This document shows, piece by piece, positions 1 through 8,735 of a DNA stretch of 64,000 bases. The notes under the pieces are model-generated. The model ran no database searches. It had not been told where the DNA came from and was given only the letters and a program-made list of their open reading frames with translations. The stretch is taken from positions 1 through 64,000 of IMG/VR virus record IMGVR_UViG_3300009529_000001; one strand, 5' to 3'. The position numbers and the translations under genes were made by a program. This DNA is from a virus. How positions within the stretch are numbered: the stretch's first letter is position 1; the number at the start of each line of letters is the position of its first letter.

Positions 1-527
1 AGAATGATGAGCGTTGGACTATTGTTCATGAATTTAATCAATACCTTGAAGAAATTAAAAAATCGCCAGATGAATATCCTCATATGTGCTTGATAGATGT
101 GCCTTTGCATGAAAGTGTTATGCCACATCTTCTTGCAAGATTTGATTGTCTCGTAGGATTTTCCATGGGGGAATCTACTTGGCTTCCAGGACTTCAAGCC
201 ATGGGAATGGGAATTCCTATAATCCAGTTGAACGCTGATTTGACAAATGGATTTCTTGAATATTTACATGATGTTGGATTTTTGTGTATGGAAAAGGAAT
301 ATATTTACGCCGATGAAGAACTTTATAAAGGAACTTCAGAATATTATGAAGGTCAGAAGTTTGCGGAAGGAAATGTTGATGAATTAGCTGGAAAGATGGA
401 AGAAGTATATGAGGATTATGACAATAAAGAAATGCGTGATAAAATTGAATTAGGGCTTAAGAAAGCAAAAGATTGGACTTGGGATAAAGCAATTGAAGAA
501 GTGGACATAAGACTTGGGATTTTTTAG
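1..527 (+). CDS. GT-B (GT4-like) glycosyltransferase, 5'-truncated by window edge
   Basis: Frame is open from nt 3. DCLVGFSMGESTWLPGLQAMGMGIPII resembles the GT4 D-x-x-V-x-x-S-x-x-E-x7-E-A-M-x-x-G-x-P motif (second E is Q here); C-terminal 'WTWDKA' helix. Confidence 0.8.
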   Translation, partial: NDERWTIVHEFNQYLEEIKKSPDEYPHMCLIDVPLHESVMPHLLARFDCLVGFSMGESTWLPGLQAMGMGIPIIQLNADLTNGFLEYLHDVGFLCMEKEYIYADEELYKGTSEYYEGQKFAEGNVDELAGKMEEVYEDYDNKEMRDKIELGLKKAKDWTWDKAIEEVDIRLGIF

Positions 528-540
528 TGTTCAAATTTAA

Positions 541-639
541 AAGAATCTATGTAGGATTGCTGATGAATTAGGTCGCTCAAGACAGACAGTTGCAAATAGA
601 GCTGAATGGTTTAAACAAAGATCAAGAAAGGAGTGTTAA
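541..639 (+). pseudogene. Start-less helix-turn-helix gene remnant
   Basis: Frame between TAA 538-540 and TAA 637-639 reads KNLCRIADELGRSRQTVANRAEWFKQRSRKEC (IA-x-x-LG-x-S-x-x-TV HTH pattern); no start codon. Confidence 0.4.
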
Positions 640-641
640 AC

Positions 642-1316
642 ATGGCCTTCCAGTTGAGGCCTTCAAAAATTAGCTGGCTCTTTTGGTGACAAAAGATGAA
701 AAATCGGGTGAATTCAGGGAACCCTGAGATGGGAATCCTGAGCCAAGCCAGGAAGGGTATAAGTTTCCTGGAAGGTGCAGAGACTAGGAAGGTGAGTCCC
801 AACAATAATCCTTCCCACGAGTGCCCGACAAGTCAAGAGACTTGAAGATATAGTCCGAGCTATAGGGAATTCAACCTATAGAAGTTAAGGATAAAGAGCC
901 TTAGCGATAACAAAACTGACCAATTTAGTGTAGGAACAATTAGTGTAGGTAGTAATGATCTTGGAATTGCTACTGAAGTTACTGTTTCGTATGATGGTGA
1001 TCCGCAGAGTTTCTATGGAGGTGACTATCGTCTGCCTCTTGCTGTAGAACTTGGAAACAGGACTGGTGAAATTACTGTCTCTACTGCAAGGTTTGATACT
1101 GCGGATGATCCGCTTGATAATGCATATGTAACTGTAACTCTTGCAACGGGGAAGAACAGTGGTGGTCTTACTGGAACAATTAACTATTGCAAAGTAACAA
1201 GTTATAATGTGAATTCTACGCAGAATGACTTTGTGACTTCAGATATGACATTGGCGATTAGTAGTCAGGATGCTGAAGGGGCTTCCAAGGGAGGTTCTTG
1301 GCCAAGTTGGGTATAG
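642..1316 (+). CDS. Putative major tail tube protein, spliced (exon 1 642-654, exon 2 919-1316; 136 aa MAFQYQFSVGTISVGSNDLG...)
   Basis: AAAGGAG RBS then ATG 642. Removing the intron restores a frame ending TAG 1314-1316. Beta-rich sequence directly upstream of terminator, chaperones and tape measure. Missing from the ORF track. Confidence 0.8.
655..918 (+). mobile_element. Group I self-splicing intron (264 nt, no homing endonuclease ORF)
   Basis: Core P AATTCAGGGAA (711-721), Q AATCCTGAGC, R GTGCAGAGACTAG, S AAGATATAGTCC. P3 TCGGGTG/TGCCCGA; P8 CAAGTC/GACTTG; P1 CCAGTTGA/TTAGCTGG with U654-G673 wobble; P9.0 AG/CT before terminal G918; P10 AAATT/AATTT. Confidence 0.92.
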
Positions 1317-1355
1317 TAAACGACTTACAGGTTTTTAGAATATTTTTAAATTTTT

Positions 1356-1390
1356 AATAACGGTTGATTTTTATCAACCGTTATTTTATT
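1356..1390 (+). terminator. Rho-independent terminator after tail tube gene
   Basis: AATAACGGTTGAT-TTTT-ATCAACCGTTATT 13-bp perfect hairpin followed by T-rich tract. Confidence 0.8.
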
Positions 1391-1428
1391 GAATAGATTA
1401 GAACGTTTATAAAACAAAGGAGGATAGT

Positions 1429-1944
1429 ATGAAATTTCTCAAATTATCATTATCTGATGAAAAAGTTTACACTTTTTCAACTCTTACGATTAAACAGAGA
1501 TTGGCGTTGAAAGATGTTTATAAGAAAGCATTAGATCTTCAGAAAGAAATAAATAGAATTCAATTTGATGTTGATGAGAAAGGAAAACCGAAGAAAGATG
1601 AAGAGGGTGCAATTACTGTTAAAGAATTAAGTCCAGATGATCAAAATGAATTAATTGGTATTCAGGATCAAATGGTAGCAATTCTTATCGACATTGTTAG
1701 AATGTCTATCGCCAGAAAACATCCAGAATTTAAGAGAGACAAAAAGAATGAAAAGGAAGATATAGAAATCAAAGATAAGATGTTAGAATTATTTGATTTT
1801 GATGATGCTACAGATGTAAGTAGATTTGCAATGAATGGAGAGATTCCTTATAGAGAAGCCACTGAATATGATTTTAGTGAATTGAAAACTGTAACTAGTA
1901 TGACTTTTAGTGATGATGAAAAATCAGAAGAGAAGTCTGAATGA
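1429..1944 (+). CDS. Putative tail assembly chaperone
   Basis: AGGAGG RBS; helical charged protein between tail tube and tape measure genes (synteny). Confidence 0.6.
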   Translation: MKFLKLSLSDEKVYTFSTLTIKQRLALKDVYKKALDLQKEINRIQFDVDEKGKPKKDEEGAITVKELSPDDQNELIGIQDQMVAILIDIVRMSIARKHPEFKRDKKNEKEDIEIKDKMLELFDFDDATDVSRFAMNGEIPYREATEYDFSELKTVTSMTFSDDEKSEEKSE

Positions 1945-2593
1945 ACAATTAGAAGATTTGAAAAAATCTATATTGGGAAGTTCAGACGCAGCAAATTATT
2001 TTGAAGAAATAGAATTCCCGGATGGAACTGTTATAAAAGCAGACGTCCGGGATTTTTATGATATAGTTGATATGTTTGCAAGCAATTATGGATTAGGAGG
2101 ATGTAAGACATTAAAGGAATTTATAGAACATATTGATGAAATTGATTTAAATATATTAATTGGATTACAAGGATCTATTATAAGACGCATAGAAGCAATG
2201 TATGGTAAAAAATCTTCTTGGAAAGATCATCAAATAGAAGGACGGAAGGAAATGAAAGTACCAGAACAATTTAGACCTAAACAAAAGAACAGAATTGTTG
2301 CTGGACCTCAAGAAAAAATATTTATAGGCAAAGAATCTTCAAAGGCCGAATTACAAAAAATGGGAATGTTTTTGAAATCATGGGGTGCTCCTTATGATAA
2401 AGTCAATGAGGCTATTAATCAGATAAAGAAAGGAAAGATAGCTATACCAGACGAAGATTTTAGTTGGATAACGCCTGAAGTACTATTACATCCGAATTTT
2501 GATACTAGGCTTGTTTTAAAAGCTATGAGAAAATCAAGAGAAAAATCAATTAATTTCAATGTGGGACGCGATACTTTGAATGCGAGAAGATAA
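1910..2593 (+). CDS. Second tail assembly chaperone-like ORF (possibly a frameshift extension)
   Basis: Overlaps previous ORF in +1 frame, no clear RBS; stop overlaps tape measure ATG (TAATG). Confidence 0.5.
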   Translation: MMMKNQKRSLNEQLEDLKKSILGSSDAANYFEEIEFPDGTVIKADVRDFYDIVDMFASNYGLGGCKTLKEFIEHIDEIDLNILIGLQGSIIRRIEAMYGKKSSWKDHQIEGRKEMKVPEQFRPKQKNRIVAGPQEKIFIGKESSKAELQKMGMFLKSWGAPYDKVNEAINQIKKGKIAIPDEDFSWITPEVLLHPNFDTRLVLKAMRKSREKSINFNVGRDTLNARR

Positions 2594-5500
2594 TGCCTGA
2601 CCAAGTAATCGCTCTTACTCTAAAATTAAAAGATCGTGGGATTGCTGGCACCACTTCTAAGATGGTAAAATTGAAGGGGACTGTCAAGCAATTAGATAAA
2701 GCTTTAGCATCTGCCGCAGGATCAGGATTGAAGGGCGCTACATGGATGCGCTCTGGATATAAGAAAGCACGAGAAGAATTAAAGAATGCGGCAAAGAATG
2801 CTAAAAATTTAGAAACTGGTCTTAAAGCTGTTAATGTAGAGCTTACTAATATAGGGCGTGGAAGAGCAGGATCAACGATAGGTAAGATATTAGGAGGAAA
2901 AGATTTTGCGGCTGAACGTCGTGCAAAACTTAATGCTATAAGACGTGCTATGCGTGAAGAAGAAAGATTACGTGAACGTATGCAGCGTCAGCAAATGCAA
3001 AGGATGGCAAAACAAAGAGCAAGATTTTCAAAAATGATGATCGGTACGATTCAAACTACAGGCTTTGTAGGAATTGCTGCTGCTAGTGCATTAAAAACCT
3101 TATTTGATCCTACTAAAATTCAAGGTATATTTGGTCCTGCTCTTGGACAATTGGGTTCAGTTATTGGAAATTTGTTTGGAGAAACCATTGGTTCAATTTT
3201 AGGAGATTTAGGAAAAGCTGGTGGTGAAATTGCTGAAGCTTTATTAAATGGAATAACTGCTACTCTAAGACTTGGCGCAAGATTTTTAGGTAGTTTTTTT
3301 GAAACGTTCTTTATTGGTGTGATTGCAGCACACGGAACGATGATGGTTTCTATTCTGGTAGGCATAGTTGCAGGACTTGTAAGAGCGGTAATGGAAACTT
3401 TTACAGCTTTTGTTAAAGAAATTGTAGATTTATTTAGGTCTTTAGTCAAAGCGATTGTGGCCATTATTTCAGCATTTGTTAAGACAGTAGTAGCAATTTT
3501 TAGAGGAATAGGAAAAATAATAGTAGGAGTCTGGAAAGGAGTTTGGGCAACTCTTAAGGCTATAACAAAATTATCTGTTCAAGCTATTCTTGGTATTGTG
3601 AAAAAACTTGTAGATCAAATTGCTGTTGGTTTTAAAGAATTTGTGGCAATTCAGGTAGAAGCTGCAAAAACATTTGGCCTTGTAACAGATGTTGCAGGAC
3701 AATCGACGAGGAAGTTTGCTACTCTTGCGATGAGATTAGCAAGTGAATTTGGATTTGCAATGGGGGATATTCAAAAGACTCTATTTGATGTTACTTCGGC
3801 AGGATTTAGAACTGCTGCTAAAGGTGCAAAAATTTTAGAAAAATCTTCTATATTAGCTGTAGCTGGTGCTGCAAGTCTTTCAGGAGCTACTAAGGCTGTT
3901 GTTTCAGTTCTTAGAGCATATAGTAAAGATGCTAGTGAAGCAGATCTGGTAACAAGACAATTATTTGCAGGACAGGTATTTGCAAGAGCAACGGTTGATG
4001 AATTTGCTTCTGCATTAACAAATATTATTCCTATTGCTTCTTCTGCTGGCGTGAGTTTTGAAGATGTAACGAAAGCACTTGCAACTATTACATTGTCAGG
4101 ATTTTCTGCAAGTAGAGCCTCACGTGGATTAAGTTTGTTATTGACAGGATTGATTGCTCCTAGCGGCCAAATTCGTAAGAAGTTTGAAGGTATTGGTATG
4201 AGTTTTACAGAAATGGGGAAAAATGGGCAAATTGTTCTTAAGCCTTTGGGAGATATTATCAAACAATTGCAGAAAGTTTCCATTGCTGAGATTAGGACTG
4301 TTGCATCTCGTATTCAGTCAAGAAATGCTGTATTAGCATTAAAATCAGGTTATGAAAAATATCTTGAAATTTCACGCGATTTTGTTAAGGTAACTAAACA
4401 GCTTGATGCAGCACACAAGGGCGTAACAAAAGAATTTGATAGACAGTTTAAAATTCTTTATGGGAATATTACTGTATTACGTTCTTTACTTGTTGGGGGA
4501 TTTGCAAGAGCAATTCAGGGTCCATTTAAAGATCTTGTAGATATGATTAAAGAGATTACACAATGGTTATTAAAATCAGAAGCCGTTGAAAGATTTTTTA
4601 AGGCTTTCCAAAAATTTGCACAGCCTGTGATTGATACAATAATTGAGCCTATGAAAAAAGGACTTGATGGTATTTTAACTGTATTAAAGACTGAAGATTT
4701 TGCTAAGATTTTTGAGACAGAAACGGCGGAAAAATTTAGAGAAGCTTTATTAAAGATTGTTGAACATATTAAAAATATTCCGACCTTTTTAGTAAAGATT
4801 TTTGATACTGTATTGGATACCATTGAAATAATAAAGATTGAAGCAAAATTTATTGCGGATGTAATCTCAGGAATGTTTAAAAAATTAGCTGATCCAGAAA
4901 CTTTTGTTAAATCTTTTGATGCGTTTGCTAATGCATTTATGGATGTAATTAGTATTATAGGAAAATTTTTGTATCAAACTTTGAAAGATGTATTTCTTAT
5001 GTTGGTTGATTTTTTCAATGCTACAATTGGACCAAAAATAGTAGATTTTATAGATAAGATGGTTGATAAAGTAATTGTTGAATTGGGAACATCTTTTATA
5101 GGGAATTTACCTTTTATTGGGATGGAAGATAAAACTTTTAAGGATGCTTTGCGTAGAAAAGGTGTAAGAGAACAGGTTGGTACTCTTGAAGAAGAAATAA
5201 GAACAGGGGGTAAAGAAAAAACTAGAGAGAGATTAGAAAAAGAATTAGGAGAAACAAGAAGAGCTTTAGTAAAACTTGAAAGATCAGTCTTAAAAGGAGG
5301 CTGGAGTGGTTTACAAGCACATAAAGAACGTAAAGAACGTGAAGCTGCTATTGAAGCTGCTAAATTAAGTGTTGAAGTAGCTGAAGATCAGCTTAAAGCT
5401 TTTGCGATAGCTCTTAAAAACGTAACTGATCCTTTAGGAAGAGAGACTGCTGCTGCAAAAAGTATGATGGCAAGAATTGCTGCATTAAGAGCAACTTTTG

Positions 5501-6000
5501 GTCCTAGATTTAGAGGAGCGGCTGCTGGAGTTGGAGCGGCTGCTAAGGCTGGCGCTGGTAAAATAGGAAAAATTGTAGGTGCAGGTGAAATAACTGGATC
5601 AGCACAAGCGGCAAGAGCTACTGCATTAGGACAATTAAAGGCTAATCAAGAAAAACGTACCCAAGAAAGACTTCAAGCTGAAGCAGCAAGAAAAGAAGAT
5701 TGGGCAAGACGTAAGGCACAAATTACTACTGCTGATTGGATAGGGGAAATGGGCGTTCCGACTGTTTATGAAAAAGGTTATAAAGAAAAGAAACCATATA
5801 CGACTAGAGGTGGATTAGTTGGTTCTGAAGCTGAAAGAGAGCTTAGAGCTTCAAATAAAGCAGAATTTGATCGTCTTGTTACTATATTTCAAAATATTGA
5901 AAAAAATACAAGACGATCTGCTGAAGGTGCAATAGTTCAAGAACGTGCTGCTGCTAATATGGTGGGAGAGATGGGCGTTCCGACTGTTTATAGTGAATAA
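2593..6000 (+). CDS. Tail tape measure protein
   Basis: 1135 aa, Ala/Gly-rich helical; TP901-type core (FGFAMGDIQKTLFDVTSAGF...ASSAGVSFEDVTKALATITLSG); hydrophobic segment; position in tail module. Confidence 0.93.
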   Translation: MPDQVIALTLKLKDRGIAGTTSKMVKLKGTVKQLDKALASAAGSGLKGATWMRSGYKKAREELKNAAKNAKNLETGLKAVNVELTNIGRGRAGSTIGKILGGKDFAAERRAKLNAIRRAMREEERLRERMQRQQMQRMAKQRARFSKMMIGTIQTTGFVGIAAASALKTLFDPTKIQGIFGPALGQLGSVIGNLFGETIGSILGDLGKAGGEIAEALLNGITATLRLGARFLGSFFETFFIGVIAAHGTMMVSILVGIVAGLVRAVMETFTAFVKEIVDLFRSLVKAIVAIISAFVKTVVAIFRGIGKIIVGVWKGVWATLKAITKLSVQAILGIVKKLVDQIAVGFKEFVAIQVEAAKTFGLVTDVAGQSTRKFATLAMRLASEFGFAMGDIQKTLFDVTSAGFRTAAKGAKILEKSSILAVAGAASLSGATKAVVSVLRAYSKDASEADLVTRQLFAGQVFARATVDEFASALTNIIPIASSAGVSFEDVTKALATITLSGFSASRASRGLSLLLTGLIAPSGQIRKKFEGIGMSFTEMGKNGQIVLKPLGDIIKQLQKVSIAEIRTVASRIQSRNAVLALKSGYEKYLEISRDFVKVTKQLDAAHKGVTKEFDRQFKILYGNITVLRSLLVGGFARAIQGPFKDLVDMIKEITQWLLKSEAVERFFKAFQKFAQPVIDTIIEPMKKGLDGILTVLKTEDFAKIFETETAEKFREALLKIVEHIKNIPTFLVKIFDTVLDTIEIIKIEAKFIADVISGMFKKLADPETFVKSFDAFANAFMDVISIIGKFLYQTLKDVFLMLVDFFNATIGPKIVDFIDKMVDKVIVELGTSFIGNLPFIGMEDKTFKDALRRKGVREQVGTLEEEIRTGGKEKTRERLEKELGETRRALVKLERSVLKGGWSGLQAHKERKEREAAIEAAKLSVEVAEDQLKAFAIALKNVTDPLGRETAAAKSMMARIAALRATFGPRFRGAAAGVGAAAKAGAGKIGKIVGAGEITGSAQAARATALGQLKANQEKRTQERLQAEAARKEDWARRKAQITTADWIGEMGVPTVYEKGYKEKKPYTTRGGLVGSEAERELRASNKAEFDRLVTIFQNIEKNTRRSAEGAIVQERAAANMVGEMGVPTVYSE
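5749..5991 (+). repeat. Perfect 21-bp direct repeat ATGGGCGTTCCGACTGTTTAT (5749-5769, 5971-5991)
   Basis: Read directly; both copies encode MGVPTVY in frame, 222 bp apart. Confidence 0.95.
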
Positions 6001-6812
6001 TGGTTTATCCTACTTTCGATGGTGATCAAGTTGCAACAGAGGGTTACGGCGTCTTGAGTGGACGTAGTAGTCCGTTTGTTGTATTATATCCTAGAACGGT
6101 TGGCGGAATTCTTCAGGAATCTGGTGTTGTAACAAAAAGATTAAATCTGCGTAGTTATCTTATTCCTCCTTCTACTGCTACTCGAAAAACTATAGAAGAA
6201 TATTGTAATTCTTTAAACGAACAAATAGGAACAAAAGAAGCAAATTTAATTCTTAATGGAAATACTTATTTAAATTGTAATGTAGAAAATATAGATTATG
6301 ATTTAGAAAAAGTAAAGAATTATATAAGATACACAATTGGTTTTATAATAGGAGATCAGAATACAGGAGGGTCAGTAAGACAATTGTCTGTGTCTGACCT
6401 TTTAGGATTTACACGCGGACGTGTAATGACATTTCAATCAACTTTAGATGATTTTACAAATAGAACTTTTACATTTTGGCATAATACCGATAAAGTAAGA
6501 AATTTTGAAACACAGATAACAGTAACTTATACTGACAGTTTTGGAGGAGGAAGCAGAATAATTCGTGTAGGTGGATTTGAAAGAATAAGGTGTGAATGTT
6601 GGATATTGGGATTGGATGAAGGTCAATTAAATAGAAAAAATCTTGAAGCTTATTTCTACAATATGATTAATGGACCATTGGGAAGATTAGGTACATTGGT
6701 TATAAATGGTGAAACACTGAAAAATTGTTTCTTCGAGTCTGCATCTATGTCTGACGAAACTGGAATAGGAATTAATTATAATCTATCATTCCTAAAATCT
6801 TTAGCATGTTGA
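6000..6812 (+). CDS. Distal tail/baseplate protein with internal duplication
   Basis: Follows tape measure; two similar halves (RKTIEEY...LILNGNTYLNC vs RKNLEAY...LVINGETLKNC). Confidence 0.6.
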   Translation: MVYPTFDGDQVATEGYGVLSGRSSPFVVLYPRTVGGILQESGVVTKRLNLRSYLIPPSTATRKTIEEYCNSLNEQIGTKEANLILNGNTYLNCNVENIDYDLEKVKNYIRYTIGFIIGDQNTGGSVRQLSVSDLLGFTRGRVMTFQSTLDDFTNRTFTFWHNTDKVRNFETQITVTYTDSFGGGSRIIRVGGFERIRCECWILGLDEGQLNRKNLEAYFYNMINGPLGRLGTLVINGETLKNCFFESASMSDETGIGINYNLSFLKSLAC

Positions 6813-6839
6813 GAGCTATGATAAACGTTATTGTTTTAT

Positions 6840-8735
6840 ATGAAAATATTGATATTAGATCCTGGTTTTGAATATTCCACTTTAGCAGTAGCAGAAAGCT
6901 ATTATAATGCGTTTGTGCGTCTTGGGTATGAAGTAGAAGAATATGATACGCACCATGCTTTTAGAGAAGCATCGAGATTAACGAAGTTTCAATGTCCTGC
7001 CTGTAAAGAAAATTTTAATTTTTCAGAAGAATATAATTGGAATAGACTTACTGAAATAGTAACTGCTCCTATTTTGAATATTGTCGTTCAAGATAGATTT
7101 GATGTAGTTATAGCAATTCATGGATACCATATTAATCCTGTTATTATTAATAGCATAAGAAAGATTGGATGCAAAACTGCTTTGGTTCTTACTGATGAAC
7201 CTCAACAAATGGATATAACTAAAGGTTGGAGTCAATTTTATGACTACAATTTTTCAAATGATAAAGGTACTGCTAATTATCATCACAATGGATATTATTT
7301 GCCAATGGCCGCAGACGAAAGAATATTCAAACCGCAAAAAGTATTGACAATGTATGAGTCGGATATTTTAGTTGGAGGAAGTTTTTATCGAGAACGTTTT
7401 AAATTTCTTATGGATCCTGATCTGACACAATGTATGTTCAGGCACAATACAAAATTTATTGGAGCTAGGAAAAGTAATTTTGGAAATAATGATATAAGAA
7501 ATAACTTATTTGTAGGGAATAAAATATCGTATGAAGAAATGGCAAAATATACGGCTGGTACAAAAATTAACGTCGATATACCTAGAGATGAGTTCCGTGA
7601 CGGTATATTCTTGTCTGGGAACACTAAAAAAATAAAAGCAACATGTTTAGCCCCGCGCATTTTTGAATCGCCTCTGGCAGGAGCATTAGTTCTTACGTCT
7701 GGGCAACGTCGAGATATATTTGATCTATTTCCTGAGGGAATGTTTCCAATATATGGAGATCAGAGTCACCTTACTCAATTGATTGAAGAATATCTAGGAG
7801 ATGAGGAAAAACGAAAGAAATTAGTAGAAGAACAAAGAAAATATTGTCTTGAAAATCACACTTATTATGAAAGAGCTAAAGAAATTGCAAAGGTTATGGA
7901 TTTAAGTTTAACAAGAAAAATAAGTAATACATTTGTTTGGAATAGAAAGGCAGTTAAACATTGGGAACTTATATGGCGAAAAAATTATGATTTTATGAAG
8001 AAAAAAGAATATTATAAAAATAGGAGTTTAGAAAGTCTTAAAAATCATTATAATAATGGATCAATAAATATTGTTAGTAATGGTCCTTCTTTAGAAAAAT
8101 ATGTAGAGGATTTAAATGGGAAACAAGTAATTAATATGACAGTTAATGACGCCTTCAGATATATTGATTGTCAATACTATGTAGTTATTCATCCTGACGA
8201 TGATGTATATGAAAGATGCGTAGAAGATCTAGATGATTTAAGGCATAAAGAAACAATGTTGTTAGCTTCTTCTGTAGTAAATTATAAAGTTGTGGAACAT
8301 TGGATAAAGAGAAATTTACCTGTTAAGTTTTTTGGAACATCATTAAATGAAGAAGATAGTATAAAGAGAGTAATACGTTTAGTATATAATTTTCCAATTC
8401 TTGATGCAGGATATTCAGTAGGGTATTCAGCTATAACATGTGCATTGTATATGGGGCTGACTAAGGAAATCAATGTATATGGATTAGATTTTTGTTATAA
8501 AAACATGAAACGTTATGCTTTTGAAGAGCCAATAAAGTTTAAGGATGCACTTGATAGAGAAACTATCCTACTTGAGGATGCCGAAGGAAATCCGGTTTTG
8601 ACTGATAGTGTTTTAATTAAGAGTAGAGACTTAGTTTTAGATTTAATAAGAAAAAATCCGAATACAAGATTTAATATATATGGTGGAGGATTATTGTATT
8701 CGGATAAGATAGAAAATTTAATAGTACATGTCTGA
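6840..8735 (+). CDS. Two-domain glycosyltransferase: CgeB/Glyco_trans_1_2-like N-terminal domain + Maf/DUF115-like C-terminal domain
   Basis: N-term LTDEP, LPMAAD, APRIFESPLAGA, ENHTYYERA; C-term IVSNGPSL, GYSVGYSAI...YMG...VYGLDFCY. Start taken as ATG 6840. Confidence 0.8.
   Translation: MKILILDPGFEYSTLAVAESYYNAFVRLGYEVEEYDTHHAFREASRLTKFQCPACKENFNFSEEYNWNRLTEIVTAPILNIVVQDRFDVVIAIHGYHINPVIINSIRKIGCKTALVLTDEPQQMDITKGWSQFYDYNFSNDKGTANYHHNGYYLPMAADERIFKPQKVLTMYESDILVGGSFYRERFKFLMDPDLTQCMFRHNTKFIGARKSNFGNNDIRNNLFVGNKISYEEMAKYTAGTKINVDIPRDEFRDGIFLSGNTKKIKATCLAPRIFESPLAGALVLTSGQRRDIFDLFPEGMFPIYGDQSHLTQLIEEYLGDEEKRKKLVEEQRKYCLENHTYYERAKEIAKVMDLSLTRKISNTFVWNRKAVKHWELIWRKNYDFMKKKEYYKNRSLESLKNHYNNGSINIVSNGPSLEKYVEDLNGKQVINMTVNDAFRYIDCQYYVVIHPDDDVYERCVEDLDDLRHKETMLLASSVVNYKVVEHWIKRNLPVKFFGTSLNEEDSIKRVIRLVYNFPILDAGYSVGYSAITCALYMGLTKEINVYGLDFCYKNMKRYAFEEPIKFKDALDRETILLEDAEGNPVLTDSVLIKSRDLVLDLIRKNPNTRFNIYGGGLLYSDKIENLIVHV

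Noticed and set aside
642-660. Alternative P1 (GGCCTT/GAGGCC) placing the 5' splice site after 649
   Set aside because: With terminal G918 it gives an immediate in-frame stop; the CCAGTTGA/TTAGCTGG P1 is longer, has a matching P10 and restores the frame.
611-805. Minus-strand 64-aa ORF
   Set aside because: Antisense to the group I intron core; no RBS or protein-like features.
5749-5991. Diversity-generating retroelement TR/VR pair
   Set aside because: Repeat is only 21 bp, has no adenine-specific mismatches, and no reverse transcriptase is in the window.
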